From: Candidatus Thalassarchaeaceae archaeon
GTDB taxonomy: Archaea; Thermoplasmatota; Poseidoniia; Poseidoniales; Thalassarchaeaceae
Direction of reading: 5' to 3'
Assembly (NCBI GenBank): GCA_023700255.1
Contig: JAJPRD010000004.1
Span: 12,093 to 76,092, forward strand
DNA length: 64,000 nt
Under the pieces are notes generated by a model. It saw nothing but the letters and a program-made list of their open reading frames with translations. It did not search any database and was not told the DNA's origin. Both the position numbers and the translations under genes were made by a program. This document shows, in pieces, positions 19,803 through 29,069 of this stretch; the first letter of the stretch is position 1, and each line of letters starts with the position of its first letter.

Positions 19803-22800
19803 ATGCGTTCTGCAATAGTTGCCGTGTTGATTTTATTTCTAGCACCATTTTCTGGCTTAGTTTCAGCGGATTCAGAGATTAATATGGATTCAAATAATGA
19901 GGAACGAGACTTAATTATCCCTACTTATTCAATAGCTGTACAACTAGCCTTTGAGAGAGTATCTGATTTAGAGCAGTATAGCGTCGAGGAATTAGAAAAT
20001 ACAAAAGAATGGTTAATAGTAACAGATAATACCGTCGAAAAACAAAAAAAGTTTACTTCTGCTCCAGATCAAATTGAAGAATCTTCAGTATTACATGGCG
20101 CATATATTTGGACATACTATTCATCAGAAAATTTAGTAAGTAAACTAGATAATCTCATGTTGAATGATAAAATAGAATCATTTTCGCCACTTATTACTAA
20201 GAAACAAATTACTAGATCATTACCTAACGATGAAGACTTTGATGAACAATGGCATCTACGTAATACGGGTCAAACTTCAGGGTTGTCGGGAGAAGATGCG
20301 AATGTGACTTCAGTATGGAATTCATATACTGGAGCAGGTATAATAATTAGTGTAGTTGATGATGGTTTAGATAAAGATCATCCTGATATTTCACCGAATT
20401 ATTCGCCGACTCATTCTTATGACTGGTGCAATAGTGATTCAGACCCAACGCCTACCAGTAACAACGGTCATGGGACCGCTGCTGGAGGAGTTGCTGCAGC
20501 AGCTGGTGATAATACAATTCATGTATCAGGCGCCGCTTATGACGCGACATTAGCTGGTTCTACATTAATTGCTTGTGGGACTGGAGATTCGACTGATGCT
20601 GATGCTTTAAGTTTCCTAAATAATGAAATTGATATTTATACTAACTCATGGGGACCATCAGACAATGGACAAACATTATCTGCACCGGGGCCATTAACGC
20701 TTGCTGCATTTGAAGATGATGCATATAATGGAAGAAATGGATTAGGTAACATCATCACATGGGCAGCAGGAAATGGGCTCACAAGTGATGATAATGCCAA
20801 TTATGATGGCTGGGCAAATAGTAGATTCACTATTGCAGTTTCTGCAATTACACATTATGGTGAACAATCATACTATGCTGAGCCTGGAGCCAATATATTA
20901 GTTACAGCACATTCGAATGGAGATGGCGAGGGAATAACAACAACTGACATTCATGATGATCCTGATATTTCATCAGATGACGCAGGATATGACAATGGAA
21001 ATGTGACTAATAGCTTTGGAGGAACTTCTAGTGCAACTCCGTTAGCAGCTGGAGTCATAGCATTGATATTAGATGCTAATGAGAACCTGACTTGGAGAGA
21101 TTTACAACATGTATTAGTAAATAGCGCCAGAATGAATGACCCTAATGATTCGAGTTGGGAAATAAATAATGCGGGCCATGATGTTTCTCACAAATATGGT
21201 TTCGGAGCAGTAGATGCTGGCGCAGCAGTCGCTTTAGCAGAAAATTGGACAAATGTAGATACTGAAGTAAATCAAACATTTGGACCATTTACACCCTCCT
21301 TTTCAATCCCAACATCGAGTAATTCTTGGAGTGAATTTAATGTTCAAGTCACTGATGATATAAGTATAGAGAGTATAGACATAATAGTAGATATTGATCA
21401 TTCTAGTAGGGGGGACTTAGACATTGTTCTAGAATCTCCCAATGGGACTCAGTCATGGCTTGCAGAAGAGCATAACGATGGAGGTAATGATTACTCTAAT
21501 TGGTTATTTAATACAGTTCATCATTGGGATGAAAGCAGCCTAGGAACTTGGATTTTAAAAATAAGAGACACAACCGCTGGTTCATCTGGCACTCTAAATT
21601 CATGGCAGATGATAACTCATGGTATGGATATAGATTTAGATCATGATGATGATGGTTTATCAGATGAGAATGAAACATTAATTTGGGGCACTGACCCATA
21701 TAATGAAGATACTGATAATGATGGTATAAATGATTATGATGAGATCTTTGTATACATGACAAATGCCACTCAAGCGGATTCTGATTTCGATGGTCTGTCA
21801 GACTTAATAGAAATTTCATTACATCAAACAAACCCTAATGATTATGATACTGATGATGATCTGCTTGGTGATGGTGCAGAAGTTAATTTGTGGGGAAGTA
21901 ATCCGTTGGTTTATGATGCCGATGAGGACTCTGACTTTTACTATCATTTCAATGACTGTAACGACCAGAATGCAGATATAAATCCAGGTAAACCAGAAAA
22001 ATTAAACGGCTTTGACGATAATTGTGATGAATTTATTGATGAAGGATTTAATTTTACAGATCGAGATAACGATGGTCTGAAAGATTGGCCAGAATTTCAC
22101 ATACATAATACAGATTATAAAGATCCAGATACTGATGATGATGGCCTAAAAGATGGGCAAGAAGTAAATGTTTATGCAGACCAAGGAGCTAATCCCTTGG
22201 TTTATGATGAAGACTCTGATCAAGATGGTTGGTATTGGTTCCAAGATTGTGATGATGAAAATATCCATAGATCACCTGGACTTAGTGAAATATTAGATGG
22301 TATTGATAATGACTGTGATGAAGATATTGATGAAGATTTTATTGATTTAGATACGGATACAGATGGATTATCGGATTATGATGAATATTATTATACCTCA
22401 ACTAACCCGAATGATGGAGATACGGATGATGATGGATTATCCGATGGAATAGAAGTTAACACTTATGCTGAACTTGGAGCAAATCCTTTAGTTTATGATG
22501 AGGATGCTGATTCTGATGGTTGGTATTGGTTCCAAGATTGCGCAGATGATGATAATGAACGTTCTCCATCACTGACTGAAGCTTTAGATAAAAAAGATAA
22601 TGATTGCGATGAAGAAATTGATGAAGACTTCCTTGTAATCGATTCTGATTCTGACGGGTTGTCGGATTATGAAGAATTCCACAATATAAATTCAAATCAT
22701 AATGATGAAGACACAGACGGAGATGGCATAAATGATGGCTCAGAAGTACTAGTGAAAATGTCTGACCCTCTAATTTTTAATTATGATAATGATGAGGATG

Positions 22801-23633
22801 GGTTTTATGATTTCGAAGATTGCAATGATCTAAACTTAGAAATTTATCCTGGAGCAACGGAAGTATGGAATGGTTTGGATGATGATTGTAATGATTTAGT
22901 AGATGATAACCTACGACGTCAAAACCTTGTACTAACTGTTCCACAAACTCAAGCAATTTATAATTGGGATGCAGTAAATGATTCACTGATTTTTGGACTA
23001 AATAATATACCATCTCAAGTAACTACAGATATATCTTGGAAGATAGGGGACTTTGACTTAGGAAAAAATCTATCTAATGGGGATACAAGATTGTACATTA
23101 ATCACCTAGATTGCGATAAAAATAATGATAACTTAACAAAATTATTATGTAATAACGGGACCAGTAGTCAAGAAATAAGAGCAATCATAATTGATTCAGG
23201 GATTACTACAGAATTTGTATGGGAGGTTAATATGGTAGTTTGGATACCTCCGCCAACATTTATTGAAAATCTTTTATCGTTTATCGGCAGCGGCATTGGT
23301 TTAGCATTCTTATCAAGTATAATTTTAACAATAGTTGCTATTGGAGCGTTCATAAGCATTAGAATATCACAGAAAAAACGTTTAGAAGAAGCATATACAG
23401 CTTACAGTATTCCATCGGCAAGAGTTGATTATAGCACTAATTTCGCTAAAACAGAACTACCATCTGCTCCGGATTTATCAATATTAGAATCTGAGATATA
23501 TAGCTCCAAATCAGATACCGAGTTGCCAATACTATCTGCAGCAATACCAATTATGGAGATTCCAAGTAAGAAAGTTCGAGAAGAAGACTTTGTTGAATTA
23601 GTAGAAATCCCATCAAAAATAATTGAAGAATAA
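19803..23633 (+). CDS. membrane-anchored kexin/furin-like subtilase (S8B-like) with P-domain, Ca-binding/Cys-rich repeat region, C-terminal TM and cytoplasmic tail
   Basis: 1276 aa. Signal peptide AVLILFLAPFSGLVSA. Catalytic Asp in VVDDGLDKDHPDISPNY, His in HGTAAGGVAA, oxyanion Asn in WAAGNG, Ser in GGTSSATPLAAGVIALILDANENLTWRDLQHVLV. P-domain-like segment GFGAVDAGAAVALAENW...RGDLDIVLESPNGTQSWL. Then DxDxDG repeats and CxDxNxxIxPGxxExxNGxDDxCD repeats. TM GLAFLSSIILTIVAIGAFISI. Confidence 0.9.
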   Translation: MRSAIVAVLILFLAPFSGLVSADSEINMDSNNEERDLIIPTYSIAVQLAFERVSDLEQYSVEELENTKEWLIVTDNTVEKQKKFTSAPDQIEESSVLHGAYIWTYYSSENLVSKLDNLMLNDKIESFSPLITKKQITRSLPNDEDFDEQWHLRNTGQTSGLSGEDANVTSVWNSYTGAGIIISVVDDGLDKDHPDISPNYSPTHSYDWCNSDSDPTPTSNNGHGTAAGGVAAAAGDNTIHVSGAAYDATLAGSTLIACGTGDSTDADALSFLNNEIDIYTNSWGPSDNGQTLSAPGPLTLAAFEDDAYNGRNGLGNIITWAAGNGLTSDDNANYDGWANSRFTIAVSAITHYGEQSYYAEPGANILVTAHSNGDGEGITTTDIHDDPDISSDDAGYDNGNVTNSFGGTSSATPLAAGVIALILDANENLTWRDLQHVLVNSARMNDPNDSSWEINNAGHDVSHKYGFGAVDAGAAVALAENWTNVDTEVNQTFGPFTPSFSIPTSSNSWSEFNVQVTDDISIESIDIIVDIDHSSRGDLDIVLESPNGTQSWLAEEHNDGGNDYSNWLFNTVHHWDESSLGTWILKIRDTTAGSSGTLNSWQMITHGMDIDLDHDDDGLSDENETLIWGTDPYNEDTDNDGINDYDEIFVYMTNATQADSDFDGLSDLIEISLHQTNPNDYDTDDDLLGDGAEVNLWGSNPLVYDADEDSDFYYHFNDCNDQNADINPGKPEKLNGFDDNCDEFIDEGFNFTDRDNDGLKDWPEFHIHNTDYKDPDTDDDGLKDGQEVNVYADQGANPLVYDEDSDQDGWYWFQDCDDENIHRSPGLSEILDGIDNDCDEDIDEDFIDLDTDTDGLSDYDEYYYTSTNPNDGDTDDDGLSDGIEVNTYAELGANPLVYDEDADSDGWYWFQDCADDDNERSPSLTEALDKKDNDCDEEIDEDFLVIDSDSDGLSDYEEFHNINSNHNDEDTDGDGINDGSEVLVKMSDPLIFNYDNDEDGFYDFEDCNDLNLEIYPGATEVWNGLDDDCNDLVDDNLRRQNLVLTVPQTQAIYNWDAVNDSLIFGLNNIPSQVTTDISWKIGDFDLGKNLSNGDTRLYINHLDCDKNNDNLTKLLCNNGTSSQEIRAIIIDSGITTEFVWEVNMVVWIPPPTFIENLLSFIGSGIGLAFLSSIILTIVAIGAFISIRISQKKRLEEAYTAYSIPSARVDYSTNFAKTELPSAPDLSILESEIYSSKSDTELPILSAAIPIMEIPSKKVREEDFVELVEIPSKIIEE
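21639..22911 (+). repeat. intragenic module repeat (~291-bp period, 4 copies): thrombospondin-type-3-like Ca-binding DxDxDG motifs plus MopE-like Cys-rich motif
   Basis: The peptide pattern recurs four times: TDxDGLxDGxEVNxYAxxGANPLVYDEDxDxDGWYWFQDCxDxNxxxSPxLxExLDxxDNDCDExIDEDF. Copies 2 and 3 share an identical 26-nt core (GATGGTTGGTATTGGTTCCAAGATTG) at 22224 and 22515, exactly 291 nt apart. Confidence 0.85.
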
Positions 23634-24992
23634 TCACTCAGATTCTTCTTCAAGGGATATGTGCTCAATGTTTCCCCATTCTGCATCAGGACTACCGCCT
23701 AACCATTCACCTTCAATTGAAATATCTTCTACCTCATCATCTTCGCGCCATGGAGGCTCCCCATCTGAGCCACTAATAATTAGACAACCTTCATCATCAA
23801 GCCTATTTTGAAGAGTTTTAATTCCTCTTTTCATAGGTAAAAGATGACCGATGGGAGTCCCCGCAGTTACAAATGGATGCGTAGCAGTACAAATTAACAA
23901 TCCTCTATTGGGAGAATGCACATCATGACTTACTCCTGGCCTTTCAGGGTCAGTAATTGTTGCAACTACTTCGTCTTCTTCTACAAAACTACCAGCTGGT
24001 GCTAAAACATCCAATAATCCACCTTGATCTGATCTAATCCAAACTGAACCTGAGGCTAAAATTCTAAAATAAGGTCTGTTAGGATAACCCGGAATCATCC
24101 TTAAACTTCGAAGAACATTCAAGATACCATAAATTGCAACTTGAACAGACTCAGGGTCTGCTTCATTGGATCCTCCGCCTTCGTAAGTTATACAACCAAT
24201 TCCAGATTTATTAGCAGTTCGTCTAAGAGAACCTTTAGGGCCCACATTGTCAAGAATTGTTTCTATACCAAATGATCTAGCGATTTTATTACTGTCAGGA
24301 TGAGCAAGGTTCGCTCGAATTTGAGGCATATTAGTTCGGCCTGGAGCAGCAGTGTGCAAATCGATTATATGATCAGAAGTCTCTATTATTGATTTCCATA
24401 ATCGATTGGCGACTCGAGATGTAGTATTACTTTCACTATTACCTGGGAAACACCTGTTCAAATCACGTCCATCGGGGAATTTACGACTTTGCCTACGATA
24501 TCCTGGAAGGTTGACAATAGGTATTATGCGGATTGTCCCGGCCAATGTTGAAGGGTCGATATCTTTACCTTCTCCTATGAAATTAGGTCCACAAAGATAA
24601 GTTAGAGCGAGAGGTCCTACAAGTTCATTTCCATGAATAGCACCTAAAATTGTGATTATAGGGCCAGGTCTAGAGCCATGAATAATAGTTACTGGAATTG
24701 GCCATTCATCACCAATTTCAACATCTAATAGATTATACTCAGTTTTTCTTATAGCCCCTGGTTTTATCCTCTTGCGGTTAAATAAGTGAGTTTTTGACCC
24801 TATTTCCCTGGACCATTTTTTAGGAGATGGAACCTTGCTTCCTAATGCTTTTTCAATCTCTTTACGTCGCTTTTGAGGTAATTGATTAGCCACTTTTAAT
24901 GGTCTATGACGACGTCTTTTAGCACGTGGTGCAGGTGACTCTTTTACAGCGCCAGCCGACAAGTTTTCTTTATCCTCTGCTTTAGACAACAA
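23634..24992 (-). CDS. succinylglutamate desuccinylase/aspartoacylase (AstE/AspA, M14-like) family deacylase with basic N-terminal and acidic C-terminal extensions
   Basis: 452 aa. Core motifs ILGAIHGNELVG, DLNRCFPG, IDLHTA. The first ~75 aa are Lys/Arg-rich (PRAKRRRHRPLKV...KRRKEIEK). The last ~45 aa are acidic. Confidence 0.8.
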   Translation of the reverse strand: MLSKAEDKENLSAGAVKESPAPRAKRRRHRPLKVANQLPQKRRKEIEKALGSKVPSPKKWSREIGSKTHLFNRKRIKPGAIRKTEYNLLDVEIGDEWPIPVTIIHGSRPGPIITILGAIHGNELVGPLALTYLCGPNFIGEGKDIDPSTLAGTIRIIPIVNLPGYRRQSRKFPDGRDLNRCFPGNSESNTTSRVANRLWKSIIETSDHIIDLHTAAPGRTNMPQIRANLAHPDSNKIARSFGIETILDNVGPKGSLRRTANKSGIGCITYEGGGSNEADPESVQVAIYGILNVLRSLRMIPGYPNRPYFRILASGSVWIRSDQGGLLDVLAPAGSFVEEDEVVATITDPERPGVSHDVHSPNRGLLICTATHPFVTAGTPIGHLLPMKRGIKTLQNRLDDEGCLIISGSDGEPPWREDDEVEDISIEGEWLGGSPDAEWGNIEHISLEEESE

Positions 24993-25076
24993 TCTCCGGA
25001 GAAGGTTCTTAGATTAAGATAGTCTGATGAGAGAGTTATGGAATCATTCAATTCCTTTAGCCATGTGTGAACTATC

Positions 25077-25553
25077 ATGAACGAAGTAAACGACATATCT
25101 GTTCAAGAAAAATATGCACCAAATAGCATTTGTTTTGGCTGTGGACCTGCAAATAAAAAAGGGCTTAGAATTCAGTCATTTAGAACTGAAAATGGACTTG
25201 AAATGAAATTTGAAACAAAATCTGAGCATCAAGCTTTCCCTGGAATTATTAATGGTGGAATAATTAGTACATTACTTGATTGTCATGGGAATTGGGCTGC
25301 AACTATGGCACTAATGGATAAGAATGAGGGTAATATTCCACCTTGCACTGTAACAGCATCTTTTAGTATGAAATTGAGAAGACCCACCCCGATTAATACC
25401 ACCTTGGAAATAAGTGCAAATATAAATCAAATTTCAGATGATAGAGCTAATGTAAATATGATATTAGTAGCTGATGGGAAGGTATGTGCAACTGGAGAAG
25501 GGTTATTTGTTGCAGTAAATGAAGGCCATCCTGCATATCATAGATGGAATTGA
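25077..25553 (+). CDS. PaaI-type hotdog-fold thioesterase
   Basis: 158 aa. N-terminal CFGCGPANKKGLRI and central HQAFPGIINGGIISTLLDCHGNWA, typical of PaaI/DUF4442-like hotdog thioesterases. Confidence 0.7.
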   Translation: MNEVNDISVQEKYAPNSICFGCGPANKKGLRIQSFRTENGLEMKFETKSEHQAFPGIINGGIISTLLDCHGNWAATMALMDKNEGNIPPCTVTASFSMKLRRPTPINTTLEISANINQISDDRANVNMILVADGKVCATGEGLFVAVNEGHPAYHRWN

Positions 25554-25583
25554 GTTACGCGGCATCCTTTAGAACGGCCGATT

Positions 25584-28148
25584 GTGAGAATGTTTGTGGA
25601 ACACTCTAGCGGAGGCTCAAAAACGAGTCTCGATGACTTAGGCCTATCTACAGAATTGACTAATTTATTGAGAGTTAAGTGGGGGATTAAAGAACTATAC
25701 CCACCTCAACAAAAAGCATTACCAGCAGCTCTTTCGGGAAAAAATATAATGTTAACAATTCCGACAGCAAGTGGGAAATCTCTCGTAGCACACCTCACTA
25801 TCGCTCACAGACTAAAAAATGATTTAAAGATGCAAAAAGCCATTTATGTTGTACCACTGAAGGCTCTGGCGACTGAAAAATATAACGAATTAAAAGAAAT
25901 CTCAGATGTTGTTGGTCTGAAAGTTGGGATTGCTATTGGAGATAGGAGTGGAGAAAGCAACTCAGTAGATGATTCAGATATACTTGTTTGTACAAGTGAA
26001 AAATTAGATTCTCTACTAAGAAGTCGTCCAGAATTAATCTCTCGAATAGGTATAGTCGTAAGTGATGAATTCCATTTATTACATGATCATGGAAGAGGCC
26101 CTACATTAGAAGTTTTAATTTCAAGAATAAGACACAAAAGACCAGAGGCTCAAATAATTGCTTTATCTGCAACTGTAGGGAATTGTGAAGAACTAGCCGA
26201 ATGGTTAGATGCTGAATTGATACAATCAGAATGGAGGCCAGTAACCCTTCATTCAGGTACTCTGACAAACTTAGAGGTGAAAGTGCATAGAATCGATGGG
26301 AAAGGTGACGAAAAATGGCCAGAGCCTAGAACGATCCAAGGGACTAAGGGTAAGAATTTACAAGCAGCACTTGATGATACAATAAAAGAGAGTGGGCAAT
26401 TATTAGTATTCGTAAATTCTAGAGCAGGGGCACAAAAAGAAGCAAGGGAATTATCTAAACACATTCTAAAAAGAATGAAAAACGAGAATGAATTTGAAGA
26501 TAGAAAAAAAATAGAGAAACTAGAAACTATTTCTGAATCATTAAAGCAAAGAGATGACTCTTCGGCCTTGGGGAAAAAACTAGCTGATGCAATAAAAGGA
26601 GGAATTGCTTTCCATCATGCAGGATTAACTAATGAACAAAGAAGTAAAATTGAAGAAATGTTCAAACATGGAGATTTATACTGTATTGTAGCGACTCCCA
26701 CCTTAGCGCAAGGAGTTAATTTACCAGCAAGAAGAGTAGTAATTAGAGATGTAAGAAGATGGAGTACCGTGGCAGGAAGGAATATGCCTATGCCTATAAT
26801 GGAGATAAAACAGATGCTTGGTCGAGCAGGGAGGCCAAAATATGACAAAAAGGGAGACGCTTGGATTATATCAAAAAATAAAGATGAGGAACTTAAATTT
26901 GTTGAGCATTTTCTGTTAGGTGAACCTGAAAAAATTACCTCGAAATTAGCTAATCCTAATGCACAAAGTGCCGAAGAAGACCCTGCACTATTAACACATA
27001 TTCTTTCATTAATTGCTACTAGCGATATGAATGACCGAAATTCATTAGGTCGGTTTTTTAGTAAAACATTTCTATCAACTCATATGGAATCTGAAGCTCT
27101 AGAAAATCAGATCGATCGAGTAATAAAATGGCTTGTAGAGAATGGAATGGTTGTTAGAGAGGGTGAATCGGAGTTAGTTCGACAAAGAATCATATCTGAA
27201 AAAACTACGGAATCAAATGTTGAAAATTGGAATGATGAACTTCCATCATGGGCACACTCTGCGGCAGAGATTGAAGGAGTAGATACCTACATTAGGAAAG
27301 ATGAGAACATGTCTGAAAAAACTCCAAGAAAAGGTCCAGCGATCTTTGGATTTAAGAAAGCTAGTAATTATGAAGTAGAAAAAATAGAAAATCCAGATTC
27401 TCAAGCAATGGTTTATTCTGCAACTTCTTTAGGACTAAGAGTATCTAGACTATACCTAAATCCAGTATCAGGTAAAATAATTAAAGAGGGATTGACAAAT
27501 GCAATGAATGTCCTAACAGGTTTAGATAATCAAAGGCAAATTTCACCATTTAGCTTGTTACACTTAGTCACCTGCACTCCTGACTTCATACCTTTATGGC
27601 CTCAAAAGAAAGATTTAGGGAAAATTCAAGATGCATTGTTTGGTCATGAAAGTGAATTATTAACCAATAGTGTGGATCTAGATGATGAAAGGAGAATGAA
27701 AGGAGTTTTAGTTTTACAATCTTGGATTGAAGAATTAAGCATTAGTGAATTAGAAGATGAATGGAATGTTCAACCAGGTGATTTGAGAAGTAGGGTAGAT
27801 TTAGCAGAATGGCTACTATACTCTACTCGCACTATTCTTATGGATGATAATGATTTGATTAGTATGGATAAAGAATCTCATCGAGTATTATTTGAAGCAA
27901 TAGATGAAATTCATAGAAGGGTAAGAAATGGCTGCAAGTCAGATTTACTTGCTTTAATAACTCTAAAAGGAGTTGGAAGAGTGAGAGCGAGAGAGATGGT
28001 AAATATTCTAGGGGTTACAAATGTGAAGGATATCTCATCTTTAACCGAGAATGACCAGTTCAAACTTTCAGATTTAAGAGGTTGGAGTATGAAACTGGTG
28101 AAGAATATTGTAAATAATGCATCACAAGTTAACAAACGTCGAAGATGA
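25584..28148 (+). CDS. hel308: Hel308/Ski2-like DNA helicase
   Basis: 854 aa. Walker A PTASGKS, DExH box SDEFHLL, SAT, motif VI QMLGRAGRP. C-terminal helix-hairpin-helix region (LKGVGRVRAREMVNILG). GTG start per the track; the ATG at 25590 is possible. Confidence 0.9.
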   Translation: MRMFVEHSSGGSKTSLDDLGLSTELTNLLRVKWGIKELYPPQQKALPAALSGKNIMLTIPTASGKSLVAHLTIAHRLKNDLKMQKAIYVVPLKALATEKYNELKEISDVVGLKVGIAIGDRSGESNSVDDSDILVCTSEKLDSLLRSRPELISRIGIVVSDEFHLLHDHGRGPTLEVLISRIRHKRPEAQIIALSATVGNCEELAEWLDAELIQSEWRPVTLHSGTLTNLEVKVHRIDGKGDEKWPEPRTIQGTKGKNLQAALDDTIKESGQLLVFVNSRAGAQKEARELSKHILKRMKNENEFEDRKKIEKLETISESLKQRDDSSALGKKLADAIKGGIAFHHAGLTNEQRSKIEEMFKHGDLYCIVATPTLAQGVNLPARRVVIRDVRRWSTVAGRNMPMPIMEIKQMLGRAGRPKYDKKGDAWIISKNKDEELKFVEHFLLGEPEKITSKLANPNAQSAEEDPALLTHILSLIATSDMNDRNSLGRFFSKTFLSTHMESEALENQIDRVIKWLVENGMVVREGESELVRQRIISEKTTESNVENWNDELPSWAHSAAEIEGVDTYIRKDENMSEKTPRKGPAIFGFKKASNYEVEKIENPDSQAMVYSATSLGLRVSRLYLNPVSGKIIKEGLTNAMNVLTGLDNQRQISPFSLLHLVTCTPDFIPLWPQKKDLGKIQDALFGHESELLTNSVDLDDERRMKGVLVLQSWIEELSISELEDEWNVQPGDLRSRVDLAEWLLYSTRTILMDDNDLISMDKESHRVLFEAIDEIHRRVRNGCKSDLLALITLKGVGRVRAREMVNILGVTNVKDISSLTENDQFKLSDLRGWSMKLVKNIVNNASQVNKRRR

Positions 28149-28184
28149 CCCCCCTCCTTCTTCAATTGGAGCCTATCGGAGCAC

Positions 28185-28748
28185 GTGGGAATTCACGACC
28201 AGATGCCTTGGTTTCCAGCTTGGGGTATGAAATTCGATCATGCAATATCTGAAACAAATGAAATATTGAGATTATTTAACATAAATAAACAAGATGAAAA
28301 TTGGTTTCTTTTAGCATTTGATGCTGCGGCGAGTGAAAAACATCTCTGGACTGCATGGTATTCAATGAGAAGAAATCAAAAAAGTAATAAAATGATTGCT
28401 AAAAGTCCGGATGCTGAATTCATCAGATTAATTGCCGGTACACATCAAGTTAAAATTGCATTTAATAATGCAGGAATAAGAACAGGTGATAATTTTGTTT
28501 GGATTATGAGGATACCTGAATCAGAAATAGGAAATAACATAGAAGATGTGCTTATTAATCGCGATTCTTATAATAATTATGATGAAGAAGCAAATAAATT
28601 AATTGAAAAAATGAATGGAAAGTTGATCACTGAAAGACCAGTTCCTACCATGAAGGGGTTGAAGAGAATTGGATATAATACTGAAAAAAAAATCATTGGG
28701 TCGTTGGAAGATTGCTTTATTCTACACCTTGTTTCTTCTAAAATATAA
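28185..28748 (+). CDS. cgi121: KEOPS complex subunit Cgi121-like
   Basis: 187 aa. The segment IAKSPDAEFIRLIAGTHQVKIAFNNAGIRTGDN lines up with the conserved Cgi121 core I recall from the M. jannaschii protein (IAKS..E.....SG.RQI..AI...G...GN). The start is uncertain (GTG at 28185, ATG at 28203 or 28227). Confidence 0.6.
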   Translation: MGIHDQMPWFPAWGMKFDHAISETNEILRLFNINKQDENWFLLAFDAAASEKHLWTAWYSMRRNQKSNKMIAKSPDAEFIRLIAGTHQVKIAFNNAGIRTGDNFVWIMRIPESEIGNNIEDVLINRDSYNNYDEEANKLIEKMNGKLITERPVPTMKGLKRIGYNTEKKIIGSLEDCFILHLVSSKI

Positions 28749-28814
28749 AGTTAGAAGAAAAACTTAGAGGGGCAAACTGATATGCAAGGACTATGAGCAG
28801 CAGATAGGGATTAT

Positions 28815-29063
28815 ATGGCGAAATACTACGGTTACAGGAATTGCTCACATTGTGAAATTGTTTGTACACCAGGTAACTATCTAGATTATGATAGTAAAAG
28901 ATACTGTACTGCTTGCTGGATACAACATGAAAACCCTGATCATCCGGATCTAGATGCAATTAGAGAAAAAGTAAAGCAGGCAGTTACTACTTGGAAACTT
29001 GCTAAATATTCTCGTGAAGAATATCATCTTCCTGTTGGACCGAAATCAATCAATAAGGGATGA
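28815..29063 (+). CDS. small zinc-ribbon/knuckle protein (82 aa), function unknown
   Basis: Two CxxC pairs (C10-x2-C13 and C31-x2-C34) in MAKYYGYRNCSHCEIVCTPGNYLDYDSKRYCTACW. It ends 6 nt before the pepF start, so it may be co-transcribed. Confidence 0.5.
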   Translation: MAKYYGYRNCSHCEIVCTPGNYLDYDSKRYCTACWIQHENPDHPDLDAIREKVKQAVTTWKLAKYSREEYHLPVGPKSINKG

Positions 29064-29069
29064 AGTAAG

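Noticed and set aside
21508-23013. Three antisense ORFs (21508-21831, 22456-22695, 22777-23013) inside the protease gene
   Set aside because: They are His/Asn/Leu-rich translations of the reverse complement of GAT/GAC/AAT-rich (Asp/Asn) codon runs. This is a typical shadow-ORF artefact. The sense frame has unambiguous protease and repeat motifs.
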